From Macrostomum lignano (taxonomy: Eukaryota), in NCBI GenBank assembly GCA_002269645.1, contig NIVC01005013.1, forward strand, positions 1 through 28,586: 28,586 nucleotides of DNA. The letters are read 5' to 3'. The translations under genes and the position numbers were made by a program. Positions 11,195 through 20,540 of this stretch are shown here, piece by piece. Each line of letters starts with the position of its first letter. Within the stretch, counting starts at the first letter, position 1. The notes beneath the pieces are model-generated. The model had not been told where the DNA came from. It saw only the letters and a program-made list of their open reading frames with translations, and made no database searches.

Positions 11195-11520
11195 GAGTCA
11201 CAGCATGTTGTTGAAGTCATTGGAGTGAGCAGTCATTAGGATCATTAGGGTGAAGTTATATGTATGAGCCATGGAGGTCAGTGCAGTTATGAGTCAAAGG
11301 GATCATTTAAGTGTTGAGTCATGGGTCATTGAAGTGATGAGTCATCTGCGGCTATGAGTCAAAGGGATCATTGAGTGATGAATGATCTAGGTAACTGCGA
11401 CTATGAGTCAAAGGGATCATTGAGTGATGAATGATCTGGGTAACTGCGACTATGAGTCAAAGGGATCATTGAAGTGATGAGTCATGAAGATCGTTTAATT
11501 TGGTTACAAGTCATTGAAAC
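11195..11520. repeat. Degenerate gagtca/ggatcatt-rich tandem repeat, intronic
   Basis: gactatgagtcaaagggatcattga recurs at ~11290, 11350, 11400 and 11450. Confidence 0.75.
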
Positions 11521-11606
11521 GATGGTCTACTAGTAGTAGTCAGTAAAGTGAGGAGTCACTTTATGCTAGATGCTACTTCAAATCCCAATTCCCCGGGCTC
11601 CCACAG

Positions 11607-11963
11607 GCATTCGTCGAGCTGTTTGAGTACCGCAGCTGCGTCCGGATCTGAGAGGAGACGACCAGGTGGATCCGGTACGAGCAGTGCTCGGAAGCCTGCG
11701 GCGAGCGCTGGTCGAGGCCGCACGTGTCCGCCCTCTCCTTCCACTCCATCATTCATTTCCGCCGGCAGCTGGAGCTCGGCATCATCCGCCTGGACGCCGG
11801 CGGTGTCGACACCTTCAATGAGTTTGTCGACGCGGCCACCGAGTGGCTGGCCAGCGAGGAAGACGACAGCGGCGAGGCGGACTCAGCAGTGATCGCCGAG
11901 GCATTGAAGTGCGGGGTACATCACGTAGGCGACCGGGAGCTGGTGTTCGGCTACAAGAGACGG
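11607..11963 (+). CDS. SLC4/band-3 family anion transporter, cytoplasmic domain exon with in-frame TGA at 11649-11651
   Basis: AFVELFEY...I*EETTRWIRYEQ...GERWSRPHVSALSFHS matches SLC4 FVEL...W[RK]ETARWIKFEE...ERWGKPHVASLSFRS. ccacag acceptor, CGG|gtgcgg donor, 119 codons. Confidence 0.9.
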
Positions 11964-12019
11964 GTGCGGTCACCCAATTCATTTAGTAGCTATGTGTGCT
12001 AGTGTAATTGATTCTAATC

Positions 12020-12612
12020 GCTCAGATCCCAATCCCTCAGATCCCAATTGCTTGAGTTCCAATCCCTCAGATCCCAATCCCTCAACTCCCAATCCCTCAG
12101 ATCCTAACCCCTCAGCTCCCAATCCCTTAGATTCCAACCCCTTAGATCCCAAACGCTCAGATCCCAATCCCCCAGATCCCCATTCCTCAGATTCCAATCC
12201 CTCGGATGCCAATCCTTCAGATCCCAATCCCTCAGATCCCGATCCTTCAGATCCCAATCCCTCAGATTCCAATCCCTCGGATGCCAATCCTTCCGATCCC
12301 AATCCCTCAGATCCCAATCCCTCAGATCCCAGTACCTCAGATCCCAGTACCTCAGATCCCAATCCCTCAGATCCCAGTACCTCAGATCCCAATCCCTCAG
12401 ATCCCAGTACCTCAGATCCCAATCCCTCAGGTCCCAATCCCTCAGGTCCCAATCCCTCAGATCCAAATCCCCCAGATCCAAATCCCTCAGATTACCAATT
12501 CCTCAGATTCAAATCCCAGCCCCTCAAATCCCAATTCCTCAGATTCAAATCCCAGCCCCTCAAATCCCAATTCCTCAGATTCAAATCCCAGCCCCTCAAA
12601 TCCCAATTCCCA
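12020..12612. repeat. 15 bp repeat (tcagatcccaatccc) grading into a 36 bp unit, intronic
   Basis: Directly visible; lies between a GT donor (11964) and an AG acceptor (12628-9) whose phases match. Confidence 0.95.
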
Positions 12613-12629
12613 ACAATCTGAATTCCCAG

Positions 12630-13535
12630 CCCCGCGCCCAGCCGGCGGGCGCCTGTCTCCGCAGCAGCAAGCACAACCGGATCGATTTCTATCTGCCCGA
12701 CGCCGCCGAAGTGGCCCTGGTGCTGGTCGGGCACCACCCGGGCCTGGTGAGGCCGCGCCTGCTGCTCTGCCGGCTGGCTCGGCCGCTGGCCTGCGCCGAC
12801 CTGTCTGACTGCTGCCGCGGCGTCCGATTCGTGCTGCTCTGCATGGCGCCGCCGCCGGCCCCGGCGGACGCGGACCCGGTGCTGGCCTTCGAGCTCGGCC
12901 GCGTGTTTGCCTGTCTGGCGATGGACCCGGTGTTCCGCGCCCGCCTCTACTCGGCCAGCTGCCGGTGGGACCTCGTCGCCGCCCTGCACAGCAGCCTGGA
13001 CGGCACCGTGGTGCTGCCCTCCCCAGCCGCCTGGACTATGGACACCATCGAGGAGCTCGTCCGGTTCGAGGAGGCCGCAGCCGCCGCCGAGGTTGAGGAC
13101 GACAGCGGCAGTGAGCATCGCGATGCCGATGTCGATGGAATCGACGATGTTGGATTTTCGTCGGCCGACGTCGGGCTGGCGACGCCGGTTGCGGCAGCAG
13201 CGACGGCGTCGCCGGGTAATCGGCGCTGCCCGGTCTGGCTGGCCGCGTCTGGACTGCTCAGCGACTTGAGCAACCTGCGGCGCCGCTACCCGGGCGACCT
13301 GGCCGACGCCAGGCGTCACGCGTTGCCAATAGCAACCGGCCTGCTGTTCGTGTTTTTCACATGCCTGGCCCCGGCCGTGTCGTTCGGCGCTATGCTGCAC
13401 AACGAGACTGCGGGCGAGCTGACCGTCGGCCGGACTCTGGTGGCCAGCGGCCTCGGACAGCTGGCCTTCGCTGCCGCCGGCGGCCAGCCCATGATGCTGG
13501 TGGGCGTGACTGGCCCGATCTTCATCATGGAGCAG
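12630..13535 (+). CDS. SLC4 exon: rest of cytoplasmic domain and TM1-3
   Basis: 302 open codons: LPDAAEVALVLVG...RLARP...VRFVLL...ELGRVFACLAMDPVF...LDGTVVLP, then GLLSDL..RRYPGDL...FFTCLAPAVSFGAML...GGQPMMLVGVTGPIFIMEQ (HCO3- transporter family signatures). CAG|gtagtt donor. Confidence 0.95.
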
Positions 13536-13618
13536 GTAGTTCTCATGTCTTACAATTTTCTAATTCAGATGCCTCCAGCAGGATTTCTTTAGAATTTCAG
13601 TCCAATATTCCTTGCAGC

Positions 13619-13930
13619 GTCACTCTATTTTCATCAATGTCACTCTATTGGTATCAATGTCACTCTATCGACATCAATGTCACTCTATCGACATCAATGT
13701 CACTCTATCGGTATCAATGTCACTCTATTGGTATCAATGTCACTCTATTGGTATCAATGTCACTCTATCGGTATCAATGTCACTCTATCGGTATCAATGT
13801 CACTCTATCGGTATCAATGTCACTCTATCGGTATCAATGTCACTCTATCGGTATCAATGTCACTCTATCGGTATCAATGTCACTCTATTGGTATCAATGT
13901 CACTCTATCGGTATCAATGTCACTCTATAG
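13619..13930. repeat. 20 bp tandem repeat (gtatcaatgtcactctatcg), intronic
   Basis: Directly visible, about 15 units. Confidence 0.97.
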
Positions 13931-13971
13931 TCAGCAATGTCAATCAACCCTCCCAATTCCTCCAAACCCAG

Positions 13972-14396
13972 GCCATCAGCTCGCTGTCGGCCTCACTAGG
14001 CCTGCCCTGGCGGGCCTTCCGCCCAGTCTGCTGCGCCTACACGGGCCTGTGCGGCCTGGCCATCCTGCTGCTGAACGGAGCCGGCCTGGCAGGCAGAATC
14101 ACCCGCGCCACCGAGGAAATCTTCAACCTGTTCGTTGCCATCTTCTTCCTGCTGCGCCGACTGTGCGCATGTTCGCCCAGCTGGCCGGCGAGTCCTGCGC
14201 CGCCTCCGCCGCCGCCGCCTTCCTGACGCTGGCCACGGCGCTGCTGGCGCTGCGAATTATGCGCTTTAAACGGGGCAATTATTTAGGGCGTCGAACCCGG
14301 GACCTCATAGCCGGATTGAACGTGCCGCTGGCCATCGCAGCGGTCACCCTGCTGTCGAATACTGCAATGCGGCATCACGAACTGGCCACGCTGCAG
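13972..14396 (+). CDS. SLC4 exon, TM4-7, with a 1-nt frameshift near 14150-14170
   Basis: ITRATEEIFNLFVAIFFL (cf. TRFTEEIF) in one frame and RFKRGNYLGRRTRDLIAGLNVPLAI (cf. KFKNSRFF..RRVIGDFGVPIAI) in another. The exon is 425 nt, one short of 142 codons. Confidence 0.9.
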
Positions 14397-14507
14397 GTAT
14401 GAAGGTGTTTTTATTGAGATGCTCCATTGTGCGGGGTATTTAGCTTTAGCGCTGGGAGGTTAATTGGGACTATTTCACTCACATGGGATTTCCAAATTAT
14501 GGGTAAG

Positions 14508-14780
14508 AGGAGAGGAGAATAGAGGAGAGGAGAGGGGAGAGAGAAGAAAGGAGAGGAGAGGAGAGGAGAGGAGAAGAGAAGAGAGGAGAGGAGAGAAGAG
14601 AAGAGAGGAGAGAAGAGAGGAGAGGAGAGGAAAGAGGAGAAGAGAAGAGAGGAAAGAAAGGAGAGGAGAGGAGAGAAGAGAGGAGAGGAGAGTAGATGAG
14701 AGGAGAGAGGAGAGGAGAGGAGAGCAGAGGAGAGGAGAGGAAAGGAAAGGAGAAGAGTAAGATGAAAGGAGAGAAGGGAG
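14508..14780. repeat. Purine-rich (GGAGA/GAAGA)n microsatellite, intronic
   Basis: Directly visible. Confidence 0.95.
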
Positions 14781-14921
14781 AATGGATGACTAACCACCAT
14801 GCAGGGGAATTTTCCCTTTCTCAGCTGACTCATTCCGGCACAAATAAAATCCCGCGTAAATCGCCATTCCAATTTCCGAGATCGCCCTCAGTTTTGCCGA
14901 ACTGATCAAACCTAAAGACAG

Positions 14922-15715
14922 GCACCGGCATGGCACTCCCGCAGCTCAGCGGCAATCTCACTCAGCTGCTGTCGGGCCTGTCGCCACGCCTGCCCAGCGC
15001 AGCCGACCTGGCCACCGTTGGCGCCTTCGGCCACCTCATCGCCCTGCTGATCGGCTGCTGCACCGCCGTGGTGCTGTTCACCGAGACCGGCCTGTGCGAC
15101 AGCGGCCTGGAGCAGCGCCTGGCCAAGCCGGCTGGCCGTCACCTCAGCCTGGCTCTCATCGCGTCGCTGGCGCCGCCGCTGCACGGCCTGCTGGGCTGGC
15201 CGCTGCTGACAGGGGCCACCATCCGATCGCACACGCACGTCCGGGTGCTGACGCTGGCGGATCCGGCTAACCCGATTCCCGGCTGTCCGAGGCGCGTCCT
15301 TGGCGTGGCCGAGCAGCGGGTCAGCGGCCTGGCCGTAGGGGCCCTGCTGGCGGCCTCGGTGCTGGCGGCCCGGCTGCTGCGCCTCATCCCGCTGGCCGCC
15401 ATGGACGGCATGTTCCTCTGCATGGGCCTGGCCGCCCTGGCCGACCTGCAGCTGGCCGACCGGCTGTTCAACCTGCTGAAACTGAAGAAGAATCGCCAGC
15501 CGAAGCCCTACTTGGACGTGCCGAGCGCTGTGCTGCTGACGTTCACGGCTCTGCAGCTGGCCCACGTGCTGCTGCTGCTCACGCTGAACTGCCTGGCCCA
15601 GTTTCTGCAGCTGGCCTACGCAGCCCTCGCCTTCCCACTGGTCATTCTGGCCTTCGCCTTGCAGCGCCACCTGCTGCTACCGCGCTGGCGGCTCATCTCT
15701 AAACACCTGGCCAAG
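14922..15715 (+). CDS. SLC4 exon, TM8-14
   Basis: VLFTETGL, GRHLSLAL, GWPLLTGATIRSHTH, VAEQRVSGL, IPLAAMDGMFLCMG, QLADRL, FTALQL, AALAFPLV. AAG|gtaatt donor at 15716. One base short near the exon start. Confidence 0.92.
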
Positions 15716-15830
15716 GTAATTGTGTACAGTGTTATACCTATTGCATGTTGGGCTGCTCTGATAGCGGGCCAAGCACGTAGGCTTTGGGTCAGGGCCATAA
15801 ATATAAATACGGTATCTCATCATCTATACC

Positions 15831-16330
15831 ATCTGCCCTTTAAAGTCATTGTTCCTTATTTACTCGACGAACAGAACTTTCGGCTGCCCCAGTCGGCTGC
15901 ACTGAAACCGAACTGGTGGGATATTTTTTGTCGATCTGGCACTAACGCGAGGTCTCTCCTGTGGCCTTTGATCCTCAAGTCTCCGTCATTGTCCGTCTTG
16001 GTACATTCTCGATCCACCAGCTTGCTAGTCGCCTGGTGCAGATCATCGGCGTTCCATTAGTGCCGGCCGGATGCAGATACGAGTTCTCCGTAGTATTCGG
16101 CCACTAGTTAGCTTGATCAGGTATATGTAGTCGCGGTGTTTGCCTACCTCCACCACCACGCCCCTCCGTTGCCACAGCTTGGTTGTCGGGTCTTGTAGAA
16201 CCACAGTCGAGCCAATTTTGATTCGGTCCAGACTTTTCTTGGACTTGTTGTACTGCTGCATCACTGTCTTGTGGGTTTCAGATGCAGTCTGCTCCATCTG
16301 TTGAATTTTGCTGTACCACTCGGGTTAAAG
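15831..16330 (-). mobile_element. Gypsy-type LTR retrotransposon remnant: integrase C-terminus and a possible polypurine tract
   Basis: QYNKSKKSL...IGSTVVLQDPTTKLWQRRGVVVEVGKHRDYIYLIKLTSGRILRRTRICIRP is typical of the C-terminal end of Gypsy integrases. aaagggcaga followed by TG at ~15831 resembles a PPT/LTR start. Confidence 0.7.
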
Positions 16331-16899
16331 CTTCGTCAATGAGCAGGGGGGATCCCTTGTCGGGTGTCCATACAGCATGCTGGAGGGAATGCGTCCATCG
16401 TATTGTACAAGAGCGGTCAGAATGAAAAGCGTACATAAGAACGTACAGCGAAATATTGTAGAAGGGCGCACGTACTGAACAGGGTAAAAACGCCACCTCC
16501 AAAACACTGAATAAAGTACATGCAAACAACACTAACAACAATTAGCCCAGCCAAGTCATCAAACTACTCTTTAGTCAACCCATTACTCTTAAAATTGAAA
16601 TTGTAGCTGAAATTTCCTCCATTGTTTTTTTGACGTTTCTAAAATCGGTTTCTCTCCACGATGATGTTAACTTGTTTTAGGACGTGCTGTCTGATGTAAT
16701 CCATGACGATCCCAGAGCTCTTGAATTGTTGACCCGTCAGAGGCAAATTCTTATACATCGAGAAGGTCGCAGATGTAAATGCGTTTAACATGCAAGCCCT
16801 TCGAGCTGCCGTTTTCTTCTGTGTAACGTGTACGCTGTCTGCGTCATCGCGTCGGATTTTGACTGGCATTGCGGCAGAAGGAGAGTAGGCCAAATACGA

Positions 16900-17782
16900 C
16901 AGGTAGGGCTCTGGAGCGCGCGGAGCAGCGACTGAGAGTGGGCACCAGAAGCGAGCCAATGGAGAGCGCAACGGGGAGCGGCGAGCTTCTCATTGAAGGA
17001 GCTGGTGAGAGCGCGCCCGGGGGCAGAGATGTGCCACACCACTTGGGGGGGGGGGGTCACCCGTGCAGATGACCACAGAGAAACCGCCGTTGGTGGTGCC
17101 CTCAGTGGCGGAGCCGTCGCAATAGATGCTGACGATGGCGGGGCGGGAGGAGGCAGAGCGGGTGTCAAGTGGTTCGCGCAACTATCGCTCCGGTGGCAAA
17201 GTGGCGAGCAGGTTGGAAGCGTGCCGCCTCTGGCCGAGCGGTGGTTGACCTGACCAGTCGCCATGTCGCTTGTGGTACAGAAAGAGCAAAGCAAAAACTG
17301 GCCTCGATGCGCAGCGCTTCAATCGGCGTTGAGCGATGATTCGGGGAGCGGCGTTTTGCGAACGTTGGAGCTTCTCAAAAGTGGTGCCGTCTAGCCAAGG
17401 GTGACAGGCGGGGTCGGCGTACAGCATGATACTCCGTTGCATGGCGATAAAAGTGCGCTTGAGGGCGTCTTTCTGCCATTCCCAATCGCGCGCGGCGAGG
17501 CAGACCAGCATGCGATTGCGCGAATGCACCTTCCTGCAAACTCCTTCCGTGTGCGTGCTGAAGGTGAGGATCCGATCGTAAGTAAGGCCGAGCAGCCGCG
17601 GCGTGAGATTGCGCTTGAGTGGGGCTTGGCCGAGGCTAAGACGCGGGGACCATTTTGCCTTCACCGGGTAGATGGAGAAAAAGGCAGCCTCGCTCTTGGT
17701 AGGATTAAGGGCGAGCTTGCGGGAGGCGCACCACTCGGTCACGGCGTCGAGGCCAGCCTGGACCTCGGCTTCTGCGATCCGC
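16900..17782 (-). mobile_element. Fragment of an RNase H-containing non-LTR retrotransposon (I/Ingi-like): RT thumb plus degenerate RNase H
   Basis: VQAGLDAVTEW...LALNPTKSE...LLGLTYDRILTF...RS..LYA.PA.HPWL...LQRSQNAA, then IYCDGSATEGTTNGG and SQSLLRALQS. Several frameshifts. Not similar to the RT at 21562-22860. Confidence 0.85.
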
Positions 17783-18790
17783 TTCGCAGCCATATGGCGT
17801 GATTTCTTTTTGGTACACTCGAACTAAAACACTAACTCTAAGGGTCAGGAGGCACACAAAATCCGCTCACTAAGAAGTGGGGCGACTACAAGATAAAACT
17901 AGAAGAGTGGGGAAATAAATGTACAGTGGAATGGACGGAGGGGCTAGCGTATGTACTTTGAGATAGAGCTAAACTATTCAAAGTCTATTGTACCCTTTGT
18001 AAGGGTTGCACAAATCAGAGTACATGTAATTCTCGTTGAGAGTACCTCATCACGGAAATCTTTGTTAAAACGAGGTGCCGTAAAAACTTAGCGTAGATCA
18101 GTTCCGAAAAACTCCGCCGCACACTTAAACACTTGAAATTGGTGTTGCGTGCGTCCTATGGGCTTGCGATCACGCTCTAGAGGGAATTGACAAGCAATGT
18201 TTTTGCTTCATTAGTACAATTTCTTGGAAGGGGTTTCACAAATCAGGGAACACTCTTTGAATTTGAATGTTCCTCTTCACGGAAATCGTTGTTAAAACGA
18301 GGTGCCGTAAAAACGGGTACATATCTGTTCGGAAGAACTCTGCCGCTGTATTATTGTTTTATTTAATCGAAAGAATTTAAATATTTACAGGTGATAAAAA
18401 TAAGGAAATCTAAAAAATGCGTGCTGGATTTTTAAGAGCCTGTTAAAGGCAAAAAGAGGCTATTGAGTAAAAAATGAAATCAAACGCCAGAGCGCATGTT
18501 CAGATAAAATTTTATAGGTAGTATATCATTGGTATAAAAACAGCCAGGGGTATTTGTAAAAGCTGTCAAAGAATACAAATAGTTTGAATAAAGTAAATTT
18601 TCACAGGGAGATTACAGATCATACAAGGGTCCTATCATCCGATCTCTCTGGCTCAGGCAGCATAAATAGTCTTTTTAATGCATTTCAGCGCGTGCTCACT
18701 TCGGGTCTGGGAGACTGTCGACCAGCCTAACCTTGGATTAGGAATCCCCTGTTTCTTTCCCGAAGCCTTATGGCATCCTACAGAGCAGAG
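17783..18790 (-). repeat. Diverged copy of the [ORF2 end - 3'UTR - leader - ATG] block of the AlkB LINE, with an internal ~230 bp duplication
   Basis: 18610-18782 aligns by eye with 21308-21482, 17783-17980 with 20530-20750 and 26994-27197, and the AT-rich middle shares blocks with 20805-21120. Confidence 0.85.
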
Positions 18791-19140
18791 GGTCGCCTCT
18801 GAGATCTCGAAAGGCACGTCAGGTGTGACAAATGTGATGACTGGCTGCTGCTGGACTCTGTCGGGCCCTGTATGGGTTATCCAGCGGTCGGGCTCTGGAT
18901 GGATGTTCAAGCAGCTTTTCCTCACGCAGCGCGCCGCCCAGGAAGACATTGTAGTCTTGCCCCGACGCCGGCAATACGAGGTAGGCCGGCTGATTCGCCA
19001 TCTGCGCAGTGTTGACGCCGCGGCTTCACCAGCAAAAAATTTGCCTGTACGAGCAGCCAGACAATATAGGGCACCAGCTTGTTGGCCGCGACCTGTTACA
19101 CTTTGAAAACCACCGGCGGGATGGCAGCCTGAGGCCTGCA
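18783..19140 (-). pseudogene. Diverged, frameshifted fragment of the central gag region of the AlkB LINE
   Basis: MANQPAYLVLPASGQDYNVFLGGALREEKLLEHP and TGPDRVQQQPVITFV..DVP..ISEATL match ORF1 at ~25170-25540. Confidence 0.9.
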
Positions 19141-19287
19141 TTCGATTTAGATATTGAAAGAATATTGAAATAAAAGTTTAAATAAATAAAACTATTTTTC
19201 AATATTTGGAATTTCTTTGCATACATTTGGAGTTTGAAAAAGTGACAAATACTGCACACAGAAGGGGTCTGATAAAAATGAGGAAAT

Positions 19288-20540
19288 CTAAACAAATACG
19301 TGCTGGATACAATTGTATGAGTCTCGCGTCGCCTGCTGCCCCCGAGGCCTGTCATCGTCCTTGCCGCCTTGGTCGTCGCCGAAGGGACCACCGTTAAGCG
19401 GCTGGCTGTAGGTCGGGTCATCCGGCAGAGCCCGCTTGCGCCACAGCTCCGGCTTGGTGACGCGGAAGGTTAGCGAGATGCAAACACCATTCTGAGAGTG
19501 GGCGGCGGGCGCCTGGTGCTGCAGGCGCTTCTGGCAGTTTCCTGCCATCAGAATCAGCGAGCCTGGCAGCGTTGGAAAGCGGTGCGTCACGTTGCCGTCC
19601 CGACGGCGCAGCATAAACAGCCGCTCAGCGCCGAAGGACACGTTTGCGATCGTCGGCCCGTCGCCGAGCTCGTCCTCATCATCCGAGTGCCAGGGAATCC
19701 GGTCTCCCGGCTCGGTGTAGAAGTTCACCAACACGGAGTTGAACTTCGGGACATCGAACTGGGTATCATGGTAAATGAAGTCACGAATGTCTTCAATTAC
19801 CTGATGCCAGTCTAGATTTTCCTTCAGCTCAACCCCGCTGTAGGTGTACGACGGGCCGATCCAGTAGACGCGGCGCTGCTCACTCGGACGATGCTGAAAG
19901 GCCAGAGGCAGCAGGTCGGTGATCAGGCGCTCGTAGACTTGGTCCGCGACCTCGCTCAGGAACTTGGGCGCATAGATGATGGTGCTGTCGCTGGCGTAGA
20001 TCGTCTGCTGACAGTCAGTCAAGTCAGGCTCATCAGGGAAGATGATTTGACTGATGTCAGCGTCCAGTTGCTCGGCAAGCGGCTTTGGCAGCGTCGAGGC
20101 CTGGTCTGCAACCGATTGCTGGCGCTCCTCAGACGTCGGCGCTGCCGCTGCCGCACTGAGCTCGCTGGACTCGGCAGTTGGTGGCTCGGTGGTTGCTGCG
20201 GCCTCGTTGGATGGCAGGGCGCTTGTCTGGCTTGGCTCGTCGCAGTCGAGAGACATGCGCTGCTCTGCCTCTGCGCCTGCAGCCTCCGGCAGCTGCTCAT
20301 TCTCTCGCAGGATCTCCTCTGCGTTGCGCAAGAGCTCGCCGGCCGGTGGGCTGATCGAGTGGCGGCCTTCCAGACTGCGTCGAGCTCGCATCTGGCCTGC
20401 TGGCGGCGGGCTCGCGGTCGATGGCTCAGCTGTCGGCGTCAGTCAAGAAGCTGGCGACCGTAGGCTTCGTTCGGACGATACCGGTGCTCAAGAGAGGGCC
20501 GGCAGTCCATCTTTTTAGCGCTGGCGCGATTTGCAGCCAT
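19288..20540 (-). CDS. Second, 3'-truncated copy of LINE ORF1: N-terminus plus AlkB domain only
   Basis: Near-identical to 25740-27004. HSD and HQ retained but RISLTFR is CISLTFR. The ORF from 20391 is open for 367 aa and stops at 19288 in adjoining sequence; the start at 20540 is out of frame through small indels. Confidence 0.88.

Noticed and set aside
11979-12808. PNPSD, GLGSE and DWDLR repeat ORFs resembling surface antigens
   Set aside because: The repeat lies between a donor and an acceptor whose removal joins two SLC4 exons in frame.
13612-13930. SMSLYRYQCHSIGINVTL repeat protein
   Set aside because: Intronic 20-bp repeat; splicing 13535 to 13972 restores SLC4 homology.
16639-16971. 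110 aa minus-strand ORF
   Set aside because: No recognisable motif; its 5' part overlaps degenerate RNase H sequence.
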